Source of the DNA: a virus | Reading direction: 5' to 3' (one strand) | Virus record (IMG/VR): IMGVR_UViG_3300027708_000023 | DNA length: 64,000 nucleotides | Part shown: positions 29,456 through 42,915 of the stretch, piece by piece | How the letters are laid out: each line of letters begins with the position of its first letter | How positions within the stretch are numbered: the first letter of the stretch is position 1 | Translations under genes and position numbers: made by a program | Notes under the pieces: generated by a model | Told to the model about the DNA's origin: nothing | Seen by the model: the letters and a program-made list of their open reading frames with translations, nothing else | The model's database searches: none

Positions 29456-29613
29456 ATTGCTCTACAGAGTGTATTTTAACTACCTGAAACTTAATACGAT
29501 GCTGATCTTTAAATTGAAAAATAGCATCCTCTTCTGATGCTGCATCCATAACTTGATTAATTAAAAGATGCTGTTTAGAATGATCATGTAAGTCATAAAC
29601 TTGTGCTGTTATG

Positions 29614-30261
29614 TTATACATTTTCATTCTTCCATCCTAGTGCTTCTGATACTGTGGGAAATTGTTGTGAAAAAATTTCTTTGATTTCTTCTGCAATAAG
29701 CCTGTGTTCTTTTTGAGTACCATTAGAAGATCGTAATTCTATATAGTGAATCCAACTGCGAACAGAACCGCTCATATAAAGTCTGGTAGGAGTTGCTAAG
29801 GGTAATACAAATCTAGCACATTCTTTAGCAATACCATCTGCTATCATACCATCATAGATAGACTTAGCTTTTGCAAAATGTTCACGAATTTTTACATTCC
29901 ATTTTACTTTAGTCTCATCTGATATGTCGTCAATACTATTTTGTCTATTTTTATTATCTTGTCTTCGTAATTCAAATATTGGAATATCTTCAGCTAGTAA
30001 TGTAGCATCAGCATATCTCTGCGAGAACTCTTGAAAAGTAAACGATCTGTGTCTAAGAATTTGAGCAGCTAATCCTCTAGTGGTGTTTATCTCAACAGTG
30101 AAAAAAGCTTGTTCAAATATACTCCAGTGCTGATGCTTAATACAATATGCTAACAGCTTTGCATAATTGTCGTTATCTTGATTACTTGGATTACTTACTC
30201 TGGCACAATATGCCATTAGTTTTTCTGCGTCAGGAGTGACGCTAATTAGTTTTACATTCAT
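29614..30261 (-). CDS. thyX: FAD-dependent thymidylate synthase
   Basis: [36 protein letters not shown]. Confidence 0.97.
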   Translation of the reverse strand: MNVKLISVTPDAEKLMAYCARVSNPSNQDNDNYAKLLAYCIKHQHWSIFEQAFFTVEINTTRGLAAQILRHRSFTFQEFSQRYADATLLAEDIPIFELRRQDNKNRQNSIDDISDETKVKWNVKIREHFAKAKSIYDGMIADGIAKECARFVLPLATPTRLYMSGSVRSWIHYIELRSSNGTQKEHRLIAEEIKEIFSQQFPTVSEALGWKNENV

Positions 30262-30493
30262 ATTTGATCCTCTGTATATGATATTTCAAATTCTTCTAAT
30301 GGACAAAGTTCTTCATCCCAAAAACCATTTTTTATTCCTCTGCCAAGTATATGACCAGCTTTAATCCATATGTTTTTATAATCCTCTATAGACATTCTTT
30401 TTAGAATCCTACCCCAATCACATATTGTGGCATCAAAAACTTCTGTGCCATTATCAAACCATTCATTTGATTTAGATATAAATTTAACGTATT

Positions 30494-30988
30494 TCATCTT
30501 TTAAACTTGTCTGTTCTTGTTTCCCACCAGAAGTGACAGATATGATTATTGCCATCAAAATATATTGGACAAAAATCTGGATGAAAAATACTATTCAGAT
30601 CACAAGCTATGCAAGTAAAAAATAACTGCGATCTTGGATAACCATAATCTAAAAGCTTTTTCTCTATTTTTCTAAAGTTATTTCCACTCAAACATCCACT
30701 ATCTACAACAATTAATGAGGAGTATGGGTCTAATTGATCTGGATGAATAACTGCTTCAAATTCATCTTTGTATGGAATATTGACTGGTTCTATGTCTAGT
30801 GGTTCATCCTTATCAGATAATTTATGAGCTATTAGTTGAGCCATTAATCCAGAATACTCATAGCTTAACTGTAATATTGCTGTTTTACTAGCTAGATTAA
30901 TAAGACTATTATTACGAATCTCTTCACAGATTTTATCTATACATTTAGTTTCCCATTCTCTGTCGATATATAGATTTTTAAGAGCCAT
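30494..30988 (-). CDS. Phosphoribosyltransferase-like protein
   Basis: Degenerate PRPP loop LIVVDSGCLSGNN. Confidence 0.5.
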   Translation of the reverse strand: MALKNLYIDREWETKCIDKICEEIRNNSLINLASKTAILQLSYEYSGLMAQLIAHKLSDKDEPLDIEPVNIPYKDEFEAVIHPDQLDPYSSLIVVDSGCLSGNNFRKIEKKLLDYGYPRSQLFFTCIACDLNSIFHPDFCPIYFDGNNHICHFWWETRTDKFKR

Positions 30989-33900
30989 AGTCGCTCACAG
31001 TAAATTTAACGTCATCTTTTGTTTCTTTAAACTTAGTTTGATGTTCAACCCACTTATCATCTGTCATATGATTAAAAATAGCAGTAGCTACTTTACTAAC
31101 GCTTTTTGCTACTCCACTAGCATCTGGCCCAGCATCTAACTTAGCCCAATAATAAAGACCATCTTCCTTGTCTTTAATTACTTCATAACCTTGGGTTTTG
31201 GCCCACTTTTTAATTTCAGAGATCATCATTTTTGCATAGCCTCTTCATGGGATAGCTTTCTTTTATGATCAAAGCCCATAGAGAATCCCTGCATATAAAC
31301 AGTCTTGAATAGGCGAGAATTTTCTCCAATAAATTGCTTATTGTCTTTAGCCCACAAAACAAAACTCTTTTCTTCATCACAAATATCAGATAAGTCTGGA
31401 TAATAAATATCATCAAACCAAAGATAGTGTTTTTGTAGCATAGTGTCTACTGCAATAAATACTGGTGGTTTTGGATCATAACTATGGTCTATGTTTGATA
31501 TAACAAGCTCGTCCATAAACACATTAACAATCTTGTCTCCAACTTTTAATCCCATAGCCAAATCAAGACGCATTGGTTATCTCCTTGCTAAAATGATCCA
31601 TATATGAATTATAAGCATCCTCTAAATTTTCAATAAGCTTAAATTTCCAAACTGGAGCATTACTCCAATCAGTATTTTCATCAATACTTTCAATCAAGCA
31701 CTGTAGGGCTTTTTCTATTCCTATTGTTTGTAGTGCTATTTTGATCTCGTCTCTACTATTCATCTAATAATTAATTCCTAAAAAATACCCGAAAATAAAA
31801 AAAACAACTATTACTAAAAGCAATTCGATTAACCAAGTATAATCCCAACTCATCAAGCAAAACCTATTTTCTGTTTTGTTGTAGAGAGAGTGCTTTCAAG
31901 TTCATAATCGGCAAAAGATCGACAATCATAACTTCGACCATTCCACCAACCAACCTCGTAGGTAATTGAATTATTTCCTCTAATATTGACTCCAGTAACT
32001 TTGCCAAAAACATCTTCAGCAAGTTTAACGTCAGCACCAATAGTAAAAACCTCTATCTTATCTTTCATTATTTTCTCCGTTTTCTATCCATAGGTTATGA
32101 TCGAACATCGGCGGCTTGTCTTGATCTAATAGTAGTCTGCGTTCTTCTCGCAAAGAACCTATTTCTTTTCTTTGAGTTCTAATCTCATTTTTAAGAGATT
32201 CTATCATATATTTCTGTTGTTCTATGGTTTTTTCCAAGCTATTAATGTAATTATCTACATCAAACAGAGGATCTTTTTTCTCAAGCTGTTTCATGATTCC
32301 ATATTTTTTCTAAGTAATTTAGTAGAGTGTCTGTTTTATTGTCATTGTAAAAACAGTCCCAATCTGTTGATGCTAACTGTCTGCTTTTTTCCGGCCAAAC
32401 TTCTGATAGGGAATTCATAACTGTCTGACCATACCTTAAGCCATATTTTTTAAGATCATGATCAACTTTATTCCTAAATTCAGAATAATTCATTGGTGTT
32501 TTTTCTTGAGAAGTCTAACAATATCTCCAGCAGTATCCGCAACATTATTTCCACCAAGATAATACTGTCCAGTAAGTTGAATCATTTCGTCCAAAGAACC
32601 TTGAGCATTATAAAGTCTGGCCCATTTTGGTTTATATTCATCTTTCATGTAATTCCAAACGCTATTATAGAAATCGCAAATAGCTTGATTTACTGACTCT
32701 TTCATTGCTTTTCCTTTTTAGTGGAAGATTCGGTGTTCGACTCTAGTTTAACACGCTCTGGGTGCTTTGTCAAGCCCTCTGGAAGCTCGTTATAAGGACA
32801 GTTAATACAATCAGAGGACAGTGCCAGTCCTTTTTAAACAACTAGCCTAGAGAGCATCAACCTGTTCACTCTGAGGATATTCTTTGATAGTCCATCCTAA
32901 GTCTAGTAAGTCTGATCGTATTTCGTCAGTAACAAAACTTTCACCAACATATCCATCATGGCTACTACCTATTCCAGAACAATACCAATCAATGTAACTC
33001 TCGCCCACATCTCGTATGTCTGCTAAAACACCCCCAGCATATCTCCAAGAGCAACTCCATTCCTCATCATCCTTATAGAATAAATTGTTACACATAGCGG
33101 CATAAAGATTTTGGCTGTAAGATTCACTATTTGCACATTTATTTGTGATATAATCCGACTTGATAAGATCATGTTCTAGATTAACTTTTCTCATGACCAT
33201 AACTCCTTGCGTATTTTAATTAGTTCAATAAGCATTTTTGTATCTTCTTTCTCGTAGTCTGCTTCAATCTTTTCAAGTTTTTTGAATTGAGACAATTCTT
33301 TTCTTGTTATTTTACCGTCCATCAAGTTATCTTCTTTATCTTGATTCCAAGATAATTTGGCAACGTCCATAGGTTCTGGTCTATTTGGGCGATCTTTCCA
33401 CCAGAGATAAAGCTCTTTGATCTTTTGTGCCTTAATACTTTGATGGGTTGGTTTCCCATATTTAGGATCTTTTTTATTTATTCCCCAATCTTTGTTATAC
33501 TTTAGACCACAAGCCCATTTTAGATAAGCTAATCCTGCTTCAATTGATCGACCACGTTTGAACTTGTAGTTTTTAGTACCTTTTTTAAGAGACCATTTTG
33601 CCAGATGAGCATATTCAATCTCTACAAAATCCACAAGCTCATTAAATAATCCATGAAGAATTCTGTAATCAAGCTCATAGTAATGTCCCGGCTTTAGTCC
33701 AGTTTTTAGATAATGTGTTTTAGTTATCCAACGATTGTTAACGTAGTACCTTATCTCCCCGTAAACATCAGCAGGAAACATGACCAATCCTTGTAGTTTA
33801 GATAGTCCATCCTCTGCCAACCAATATCTAATTGGTCTTTTCTTTCTTTGTTCTTTATTCCATTCGTCCCACTTACCCCACTCTAAAGCATATGGTTTTT

Positions 33901-34403
33901 TCTCTCCACGAATAAAATCCGCAAACTTAGAACAACTCCAGTAATTTACTCTTGTCCTTGGTCTGAACCACATATTAATACCAGCCTTTATAGTTCGATG
34001 TATTTTAGTATATTTAGTATTTTTCGTGCTAATGCAGCACCGCCTACAATCCTACCATCATTATAGTCTTCTCCATATCCAATATTAGACTCATGATCCT
34101 TTTGATCTTTGATTTTACGATTACACAATTTGATAATCTCAAGGATATTAGCTTTTTCTATTTCTGTCACAGGATAGCCTCTTTGGTTTCCTCATCAAGA
34201 ACTGGATTATCAAAACATTCCACTAGTCTTTCTACGGTAACTTTTAGATCTTCCAAACTTTCTGCCAAGATTCTAATAGGCTCTTCTGTCCAGCCTTGTA
34301 CTTTTCCATTCTCATCATAATAAACTTCATGAATAGCATAATAAATACTATCATCCATATGAGTTCTTGGTTCGATATGCCTAATTATTCTATGGTTCCA
34401 CAT
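30978..34403 (-). CDS. Run of ~12 small phage hypothetical genes (incl. 260-aa ORF 33191..33973)
   Basis: Tightly packed or overlapping minus-strand ORFs in the track; no recognisable family. Confidence 0.6.
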
Positions 34404-34541
34404 GATTTAATCCTTTATATTAAAGCGGCATTTCTCAGTCATTTACACAGAATGTCGCCAAGAGTCTACGGAAGTTGATTGTAGGGAATACCCGCGATCC
34501 CAAACCTTTCGGCATCAACATTTTTATTATATCTTCTGATA

Positions 34542-35159
34542 CTAAACTGTCAATAGTTCCGTTTCCAATTCATTTAAACATCTAAAGTCTGTGCCACTTA
34601 TATTCATATTCCAACTCTTATGATAATGACCAAATCGCCACTTCTTAGGTTGATGAATATTAAATAGTTCTTGCAAAGCCCATCCTGTTAGGTTCTCATA
34701 TTTTCTTTGGTTACGATCCAATATTTTTAGACTAACCTCATCTGGACAATCATGAGTTAAAACAATGTCGGGTTTAATCTCTCTATAAAGCTCTCTAGCT
34801 TTCATAAACTGGTCTATAGTAACCTGTTCTTGTTCCCACCAATTTATTCCAATAGTTCGATCTTGACGATCAATACTATAAGCCCCTCTATAATAGAAAA
34901 AATTTACCCCATTTAGGCATGAGTAACCAAAATTCCCAAGGTAATGAGGAATATGAATAATCCTATCATAATGATCATGATTTCCTCCTATGATCTTGTG
35001 CTTTTCATCGTCCACATTAAATACTGTACCATAATCAAAACCAAAATCTCCTAATTGAATAGTATACGGATAACGATCTTGTTCTCTGATAATTTCATGA
35101 TAGCGTTTATACTTACCATGAACGTCGCCAATAAGAGTAATTGAATTATTCATATCCAT
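34542..35159 (-). CDS. Calcineurin-like metallophosphoesterase
   Basis: GDVHG, LGDFG, GNHD, THDCP, FGHYH. Confidence 0.88.
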   Translation of the reverse strand: MDMNNSITLIGDVHGKYKRYHEIIREQDRYPYTIQLGDFGFDYGTVFNVDDEKHKIIGGNHDHYDRIIHIPHYLGNFGYSCLNGVNFFYYRGAYSIDRQDRTIGINWWEQEQVTIDQFMKARELYREIKPDIVLTHDCPDEVSLKILDRNQRKYENLTGWALQELFNIHQPKKWRFGHYHKSWNMNISGTDFRCLNELETELLTV

Positions 35160-36523
35160 TTAAAGGATCGTTTTCATAAGGATAACTAAACGGCCCCAAA
35201 ACACTTTTTCTTTTTTCTTTCAGTAAATTAATTACATCATTAAAACACATCTCGCACAGATCAACCTCAAATCTTGATCCATCATTCTGTGAGCCATATC
35301 CCCAACAAGATTCAAGAGTGGCATAATCTGGCCCCACATCTGGATAGTTAGTGGTACTTTTCCCACAAACATCACATGAAACGTCATCAAGAACTTTTCT
35401 TATTTCTTCTTTAAATGTTCTCATTACCATCTTCGTGACGGATCACGCCTTTTGGGTTTCTTATTTTTAATTTTAGTCATAGACCAACCATCTGGCAATA
35501 CGTTTGCTTGTTTTGTAGACATTCCAATATATTCTGCAAAATAGCCCATAGTTTTCTTGTATCCATCAATAATAACGTCTTTAGAACAAGTTTTCTTCAG
35601 TAAATCTTCAAAACTCTTAGCCATGATTAATAATCTCCAGAATAGTTTCTGCTAGTGTTGAGCGGCCCACAATTCGTCCATCCTCATAAGGATCATTATA
35701 ACTAGATTTTTGGCTCCAAACTTGCATAATACCCAAGCATAGTCTCCTAATCTCTTCCATCTTTTCTTCTTTAGTCATTTGTTGCCTCTGCTCTAACATA
35801 AAAGGTTTGGTCAATATTGCATCGTCCAAGAGCAATTCTAACGCCCAGTTTCTTATTGTAGTTTTCTTTCTTGCTGCAAATAGCGAGCCCATCATAATGA
35901 TCGCCAGATGGGCCATCAATTATAATTTGGGTTGACCCACCTTTAGTATCTGGATCAATAGGCCCATAACCCTGTTCACCACTAGGCTTGCTGCCCACTT
36001 GCCACTTATAATAGCCATTGTAAAGACGATTGTGAAGAACCCTAACCTTATATCCACTATTACGAAGCTGTTGAATTGTCATATTTTTCTCCCATTAATG
36101 TATGCCACAAATTTCCACGGTACGAGTAATAATAATCTTGTTGTATTCCGACAAGAATTTGTTTAGGTTGTCTTGTTTGATAGATAGTTCATGATTGTTC
36201 TGACCAATGAAATACTTATCAATCAAATCTTGAACTTTTTGTTGAACTGTTGGACTCATAAACTTTCTCCAAAGGATACCCAAGTATACTGTGTTATCGG
36301 CGTTTGTCAACAGACACTTTACAAAATCACCCATTGTCTTTGTAAAGACCAACACTTATTCCACCTTCATAATATTCACCCTTGCGATATTCTGGAAAAT
36401 CTACTTCGTTTACTCCAAATCCGATCCTGAGATACTCATTAGTGTAAACTTCCCCCACAAAATAGTCATCAAAAACTTTAATCTTTTCGATGGTTGATCC
36501 TCTAGCCACAATAAAAACCCATC

Positions 36524-36913
36524 TCATTTGTTTGTCTCCATAAGGCAGTCCTTTGCATAAATTATACCACGTTTGGTTGGAGGATCAACTGGATTTTCAA
36601 ACCTTTTAACGGATTTTACAATCCATCCAAACTTAGGCTTATCTTTCCAGCTATACAACCCACCATTAATATCCACCTTATGTCTACCATTATCAGATTC
36701 CCACTGTTCTTTAGAGAGGTATTGAACACAAGAGCTAAAAGTAATCGTTCCAATAATTCTACTCTTAAACTTAGCCGATTTCCCCGGTGTTTCAATTAGT
36801 GCCAACTCAACTTCTTCTAATCTTGTGGGAAGTCGATAGGAGCGGGTTTCGACACTTTTCTGACCATTAATTAAAAGGGTAGACCAAGGGGCTTGAATAT
36901 TTAAACCGATCAC
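36524..36913 (-). CDS. ASCH-domain protein
   Basis: LNIQAPWSTLLINGQKSVETRS. Confidence 0.8.
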   Translation of the reverse strand: MIGLNIQAPWSTLLINGQKSVETRSYRLPTRLEEVELALIETPGKSAKFKSRIIGTITFSSCVQYLSKEQWESDNGRHKVDINGGLYSWKDKPKFGWIVKSVKRFENPVDPPTKRGIIYAKDCLMETNK

Positions 36914-39143
36914 GAATTATTCCCCAAAAGGCTCAAAATTCACAACGTAAAGTTTGCCGTCTTTATTCTTGTATAACAACTCTGGGTTGTCCTTATCAGT
37001 ATACAACCAGATGAATGTGTTGTCAATAGGTGGATTCGTCCAATCTTTGGGATTTGAACCACTTCTAGTTAGTCTTATCTTTAGTGGCCCAACTCCACCA
37101 GAAGTTATATTAAAGCTTCCATCAAATCCAACTTCAATAGATTTCATGATTGTAAATAAGCAAGAGTATAAAGAACTAAAAAGAATAAAGAAACTTCTAT
37201 AATCGGAAAAACTGCTATTGCAGTTGCCCATTTGGTGGTAAAAAGGAATGGAAGAATCCCACAAACTAAACTAACTAGTGGAAAACTTAGAATAAGATAA
37301 GCAACAGCATGAGCAAGGACACTATTTTGTGCTTGGGGACTATCCATACTCATAGCTCCAGCCATAAGACATGGTATAGCACTAATTAATGCTAGAATAA
37401 TATTGAACGAACTTAAGAGATTAATCATGTTGTTTCAATCCACAAGATAGCCCAGCAATAAATCCAGTCTCAAAATAATATTGATCATTAGTATTTCCTT
37501 CATGATCTCCATCATCCCAAACTTCTTTAGCTAGAGCTTTAGCTTTATCATATTGTTCTCTCATTTTGTTTAAAACTTCTTGATTAATCATAATAGGTAG
37601 TGTTCTTTAAGAGTTTGATACAAATTTTTTACCTGTTCTTCATCAAGCCGCAGTTCGCTAGGATCAGTATTATTATATGAGAAAACCCTGACCAAGTAAG
37701 GCTTATTCTTCAAAAGTTCATTATAATGAATCTCGACAAGATCATATTCAAGAATCAAAGTTCTTAATAGGGTCATCATTATTTTTACTTAAATTCCTAA
37801 GACACTCACTGTCTTGTTTCATAATCTCTCTAGCAATTTCCATTTGCTGTGATTGTTCATTATTATCTTTTATTCTTTGTAGTAGATTACGAAGGGTATC
37901 TTCTGCTGGGCCGGTTATATCAGAAACATCACCAAGTAGATCATGGATTGCCTCAATTTCTTCTTTAGTCAAAGTTGTTGGTTCAGACAAGTATAGTTTC
38001 TTTATTTGGTCATCTTGTCTAATATGATCATGCTCAAGAGCTAATCTATTTTTTGCAAGTTCAACAACATTTCCCTTGGAGTCTATTACTGCCCAAGCTA
38101 CTGGTTCTTGTTTAGTCATAATATATGAGCCTTTGTGTGTGTTTTATGGTATCAAGTGATAATATGTTATCGTTTGCAACGCAACGTGAGCATACCATAG
38201 GTATCGGGTGTTGTCAAGACCTTACTTTAGATTTCCCCCACAAACATTGCCACATTTGTTCCATTACATCGCCAGCAACATTATTGATACTATTTTTTGG
38301 ATTAGGATAATCAGATAAGGTTTTGATCAGTAAATGAAATAGATGTTTATCTATTGGACTTAGTTGAATAAGTAACGATCCATTCTTCATCCTATGAAAA
38401 TGAAAATCTCTATATTCTGCATAAATATATTCTACTACCTTACAATGATACTTTTTGTATTCAGCTTTAGTCATTATCAAAATCCAATAGGTCAGGATTA
38501 ATAAGATCAATCATATAGTCTTTTGCAGCAGCCAGCATAATTTCATCGCCCACATCAATTAGAAGATCACTAAGATCAAAAACTATCTTATCAACCAGAT
38601 CATTAACGGCCATAAAATCATTACGATCTAGCTTAGATAATTCTTCTTTAATATGAACTATCATTAGAACATTCTTTCAATTTGAATTGGTTTGTTTTCG
38701 ATAATCTCAATAACCGCACGAACCGACATATCTATGTCATGTATCAATTCTGCTGTTTTAGCGTCGTGATAATCACATTTGATACACATATCTTTGATAT
38801 CTTTGAGAATAGTTAAACAGTCTTCTTTATCTTCATTAGTCATTAAAATAACTCCCCATATCCATTCCACCAATCATAAATTCGTACACAAGCCATATAT
38901 CCTAGTATACCAAATAATACCAGTCCAGCCATTATTTCTTCTCCTTTTCTCTATACAAAGGATAATCGGTTTCGTTTTTAGCTAGTTGATCGGCCAACTG
39001 GGCCACCTGTCTTTCGCTCCAGCCCGCAAAATGACCTCTCATGAAAATTTGAGTAAGTTCATTACGGTCTGGTTCATTCTCATAATATTTCTGGACTGCT
39101 TCTATCCAAGTTTTAGTTGCTAGTTGTAGCGGATTTTCAGTCA

Positions 39144-39452
39144 TTATTTATTCTCCAGATAGTTAAAAAGATCTTTATTTTCCACCCATGAACGATCTCC
39201 CCAAATATTAAGTTCGGTTTCAGACCTGTGTCCTATTGTTAGTACAATATTGTCTGGTATTTTTTCTATTTCCTGTAACACTTTCACACAACCAAGACTA
39301 TAATTTTCCCTATCTAAAAATGTATCTCCAGTTTTTGTTCTTATTCCAATAAAATCTCTGTTCTCAGCATCAAAAACACCAAGATTGAAATTTCTAGAAT
39401 TTATTCTGTAGAGATGTCTGTCTTTACAGTCTTGTAGGGGAATTATTTTGAT
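39144..39452 (-). CDS. Hypothetical protein with non-ATG (ATC) start, missed by the ORF track
   Basis: Open 103-codon frame IKIIPLQDCKDRHLYRINSRNFNLGVFDAENRDFIGIRTK...YLENK* exactly filling the gap between neighbours; SD GGAG upstream. Confidence 0.6.
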   Translation of the reverse strand: MKIIPLQDCKDRHLYRINSRNFNLGVFDAENRDFIGIRTKTGDTFLDRENYSLGCVKVLQEIEKIPDNIVLTIGHRSETELNIWGDRSWVENKDLFNYLENK

Positions 39453-41591
39453 TATTTATTCTCCACATACCATTTCTCAACAAATACTACACTATCCAAA
39501 TATCTTGTCAACTTCATAATATCTGCACGTTCAGGATCGCCCATCCTATCACTTTTCTCAAGATTTTCCAAAGCCATAAATAGAAGATTGATCTGTTTAG
39601 TTGTCAAATCCAAATTTAATCTAGTCATTAGTTTAGTCTCCATATTTTCAGTAAATCTTTTTAGTCTTTCTACCAATACTTTTCCAACATTAAGCGGTTT
39701 AGTCATTATTTATTATCCAAAACTTCTTTCAAAAGATTAATGGCAGTCTCAAGCCACAAATCATAATCAGCCATATTAAAATCACTCACAGTATTATCAT
39801 AATCTACAATAAAGTTCCTGATATTACTTTGTAGTTTATCGTTCATGGATTATCCTCTACAAATTGGTTAAGAAAATTGGCTAATCCCCTAATTTCATCC
39901 TTGGTCAATTTCATCTGTATCCATTGCCAAGAAATAACATTGTTAATAGTTAAAGTTGACAAACTCCCATTTTGCTCAATATCAAAATTGAAAACATCAG
40001 CCTTATAAGAGTCCTTAGTTACAATGCTCATTCTTCGTCCTCATCTTCTTTATTGGTAATGTCGGTCATTTGAGATTCAATATCTTGCAAAACTTTGATA
40101 AGTTTATTAACGGTCTTTTTGGTAGGCCACCACTTTAGACCACTATCATCATTTGCAATATAGAATTTCATACTATCATTTTTAAACTCAAAAGTCAAAG
40201 ACACATAATCATCCAAATCAATATTAGTCATTTAATGTTCTCCCTCATCCATTTCCTATTATCACGAATGTAACTAATAACATCACTAGCTGCATTATTG
40301 ACGCTATTATTTTCTTGGTAATGAAATGTCAGCATCATCTTGATGGCATATTTTTCATCCATAGTTAATTCCTTCCAGTCCTCATCTGGCCCATATTCAT
40401 TCTCAATATAGTCAGCAACAGACGACATATACTCGTTAATTTTCATTTGTTTTTGATTCCAATTTGATTTGTGGGTTAGAGTCCCTAATTGATACTCTGA
40501 TTGTACTTTTTTGTGGGTTTGATCTCCCGTAGACGATTGAGAATAATGGTCAAATTAGTAGCTTCTGGAACAATTTTCTCATGAAGATAATCGCCAACAA
40601 CCCTCTTTAGGAGAGCAATTTCTTTATCGGTCAATAATACGTTTTTATACATTTTTCCCTACTTTTTATTACTTTTACCCATACCAGTAGCATCAGTATA
40701 CATCAAGGCATCCTCTCTGTCAAGTATCGGCATATCGGGCTTGACAACTTTAGCCAGTTATGGTAAAATCCATACTGTGAGATTACCCATTTTTCACCAC
40801 GGCGTAAGATAATAAGTGAATATTAATTCTTTTAGCCGTTAAACAGGTGGTATAAGCTAAGAATACCCCTACTTGGGCGATATCTGGGATTGATCATGGG
40901 TATAAACTGATGATTGTTGGGATGCTGATAATGAATTTGTAAGATAATATCGTACAGAAATCATAGAAACCACAGTAACTAGGGCCACAAAAACCAGATT
41001 CTTGATGAAAGGAACGTGAAATTCTTCAAATTTTGATTTCTTCATAATTATTGTCCTCATATAAAAAATGCTCTAAATGCCAGATCAACAGTGATCGAAC
41101 TATGATGCAGGAAAGAATGATATGTGGGCCATATAAAATAAGGGGATCATTACTTAACATTAAAATACCTCAAGATGCCCCAGTGTATGCCTATGAGGAT
41201 GGGTAGTGCTACTAGTAATACTATTATTCTGGTTTGATCATCATGAATGAAAGTAGGACAGATAGGTTTTCTAACTATGGAAATTATTTGAACTATCATC
41301 GTCATCTTTCCTAGATAAATAAGCTATGAATCTTAAGCTTCCATAGTATACTGCTGCTTCTACTAGAATCAAGCTTATCATAAAAAAGGTTAAGGTGCGA
41401 AATAATTCATTCATAACCAAATGCCCGTTTAATCATTCCGAAAAAATAATCAGTCTTTGTTAGAGGCTCAACCTTAAACTCAGGAAGTGGCTCCTTATCT
41501 TCTGTACAATTCTTGTCAGGACACTTGCCACAACTTTTTTTAGTACAAGATTTCTTTTTGGGGGCCGGTTTCTTTTTTGCCATAGTATAAG

Positions 41592-41640
41592 CTCGCTGAC
41601 TATCTCCATAAATTCCAAACCCGGAATTTTAGGTGAGACA
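41592..41640. repeat. Family-B dispersed repeat (CTCGCTGACTA...hairpin...TTAGG.GAGACAA), copy 1
   Basis: Further copies at ~41886, 42866, 45242, 56548, 60587. Confidence 0.7.
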
Positions 41641-41955
41641 AAACAACTTTATCTCAATGGTATTATAAAAGACCCAGACTACTCTATCAAGATTCCTTCA
41701 CTCTTAAATTCTAATTTGGGAATAAGATTACTATCGTCATAAGGTTTCTTAATATCTATCACAACAATAGAATCTGATAGGTCAGGATTGTCTTGTTGAT
41801 ATTTTAGGATAGCACCATGAATCTTTTGACAAATATAATTACAGTCCATCTGGGGTTGAATTTTTATAGTTGTTATCATACTAAATCTCGCTGACTGTTA
41901 CCATAAAAACCGACCCGATATTATTAGCTAGGACAATCATAATAGATTTATTAAA

Positions 41956-42027
41956 AGCAAGAGAAGAGACTCGAACTCTCAACATTCAGGTTGGAAACCT
42001 AACGCTCTACCATTGAGCTACTCTTGC
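41956..42027 (-). tRNA. trnG: tRNA-Gly(UCC)
   Basis: GCAAGAG...TAGGT-TTCCAA...; canonical cloverleaf, U73. Confidence 0.9.
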
Positions 42028-42036
42028 CTGAAGATA

Positions 42037-42384
42037 TTACCTCCACGATCTTACTCTATACCATTTACCATTATTACCTTGTGCTGACGCATCTCCTGTT
42101 AGAGTCATATTGTTGCTTGGAGTACAAGTGTTACAATTAGGACTAGAACCATAACCAACTCCTTCAAAACTACCAATAACACCCCATACATGACCAGTGA
42201 TGTTATTAGCTGCCATATGATCTGCTTCTGCTTGACAACGCTCTTGATCATTGTTTCCACCAATATAATTCTTAGTATAACTTTCTACCTTAGTAGTTGG
42301 CTGACTATAGTATCTTGGTCGAGCCGCCTCTACGGTAAAAGTAGTGACAAAAACTAGAGCAATTGCAATCATAAAATTTTTCAT
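42037..42384 (-). CDS. Small secreted Cys-containing protein (CAP/SCP-like remnant)
   Basis: Signal peptide; H.G..EGVG...C...W pattern. Confidence 0.5.
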   Translation of the reverse strand: MKNFMIAIALVFVTTFTVEAARPRYYSQPTTKVESYTKNYIGGNNDQERCQAEADHMAANNITGHVWGVIGSFEGVGYGSSPNCNTCTPSNNMTLTGDASAQGNNGKWYRVRSWR

Positions 42385-42415
42385 AAGTTCCTCCGTGAGT
42401 AAAATAAAACGTATT

Positions 42416-42461
42416 TAAGAAAAGACCCCCGAAAGTGTGCATTGCTAAGAGGCATCGGGGG
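42416..42461 (-). terminator. Probable intrinsic terminator
   Basis: CCCCCGA...TCGGGGG stem followed by TCTTTTCTT on the minus strand. Confidence 0.45.
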
Positions 42462-42531
42462 ATTTATCTTTTCTTTGATCTATAATCAAACAAATCTGTC
42501 CTTTGATCCTTTTGATTATCAATCAGTTATA

Positions 42532-42747
42532 TTAACGAACCACACTACGAACACGGGCCACAGTTCTTCGACCAACATTACGGGTAGCCTCAACTGTTCG
42601 ACGGGTAACTGCTACTGGAACAGCAACAATTTCTTGGGTAACATTGACAACGCGACTGCGTAGAGTACAATGTCCATTAACACACTCGCCAGCATAAGTT
42701 GACGAACCAAGTACCATTAGAGCAAACACAAGAACAAACTTAATCAT
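42532..42747 (-). CDS. Small secreted Arg/Val-rich protein (planctomycete-style)
   Basis: Signal peptide then GECVNGHC...VAVPV...RR repeats; SD AGGAG. Confidence 0.55.
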   Translation of the reverse strand: MIKFVLVFALMVLGSSTYAGECVNGHCTLRSRVVNVTQEIVAVPVAVTRRTVEATRNVGRRTVARVRSVVR

Positions 42748-42915
42748 AAACTTTCTCCTGTTGAAGTAATGTCGCGTCCCTGCGACTGTCATTTGACCTA
42801 TAATAGGATCGATGAACTAACAGGCAAGGCCCACTGACAATCTCTTTTTTAACTGACCCCACTAACTCGCTGACTATCGCCACCAACGCAAATCTGAAAG
42901 ATTAGGAGATACAAT

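Noticed and set aside
42760-42845. Possible riboswitch in the leader of the small secreted protein (hairpins GTCGC/GCGAC, CCTA/TAGG)
   Set aside because: I could not match it to any riboswitch consensus; the evidence is too weak.
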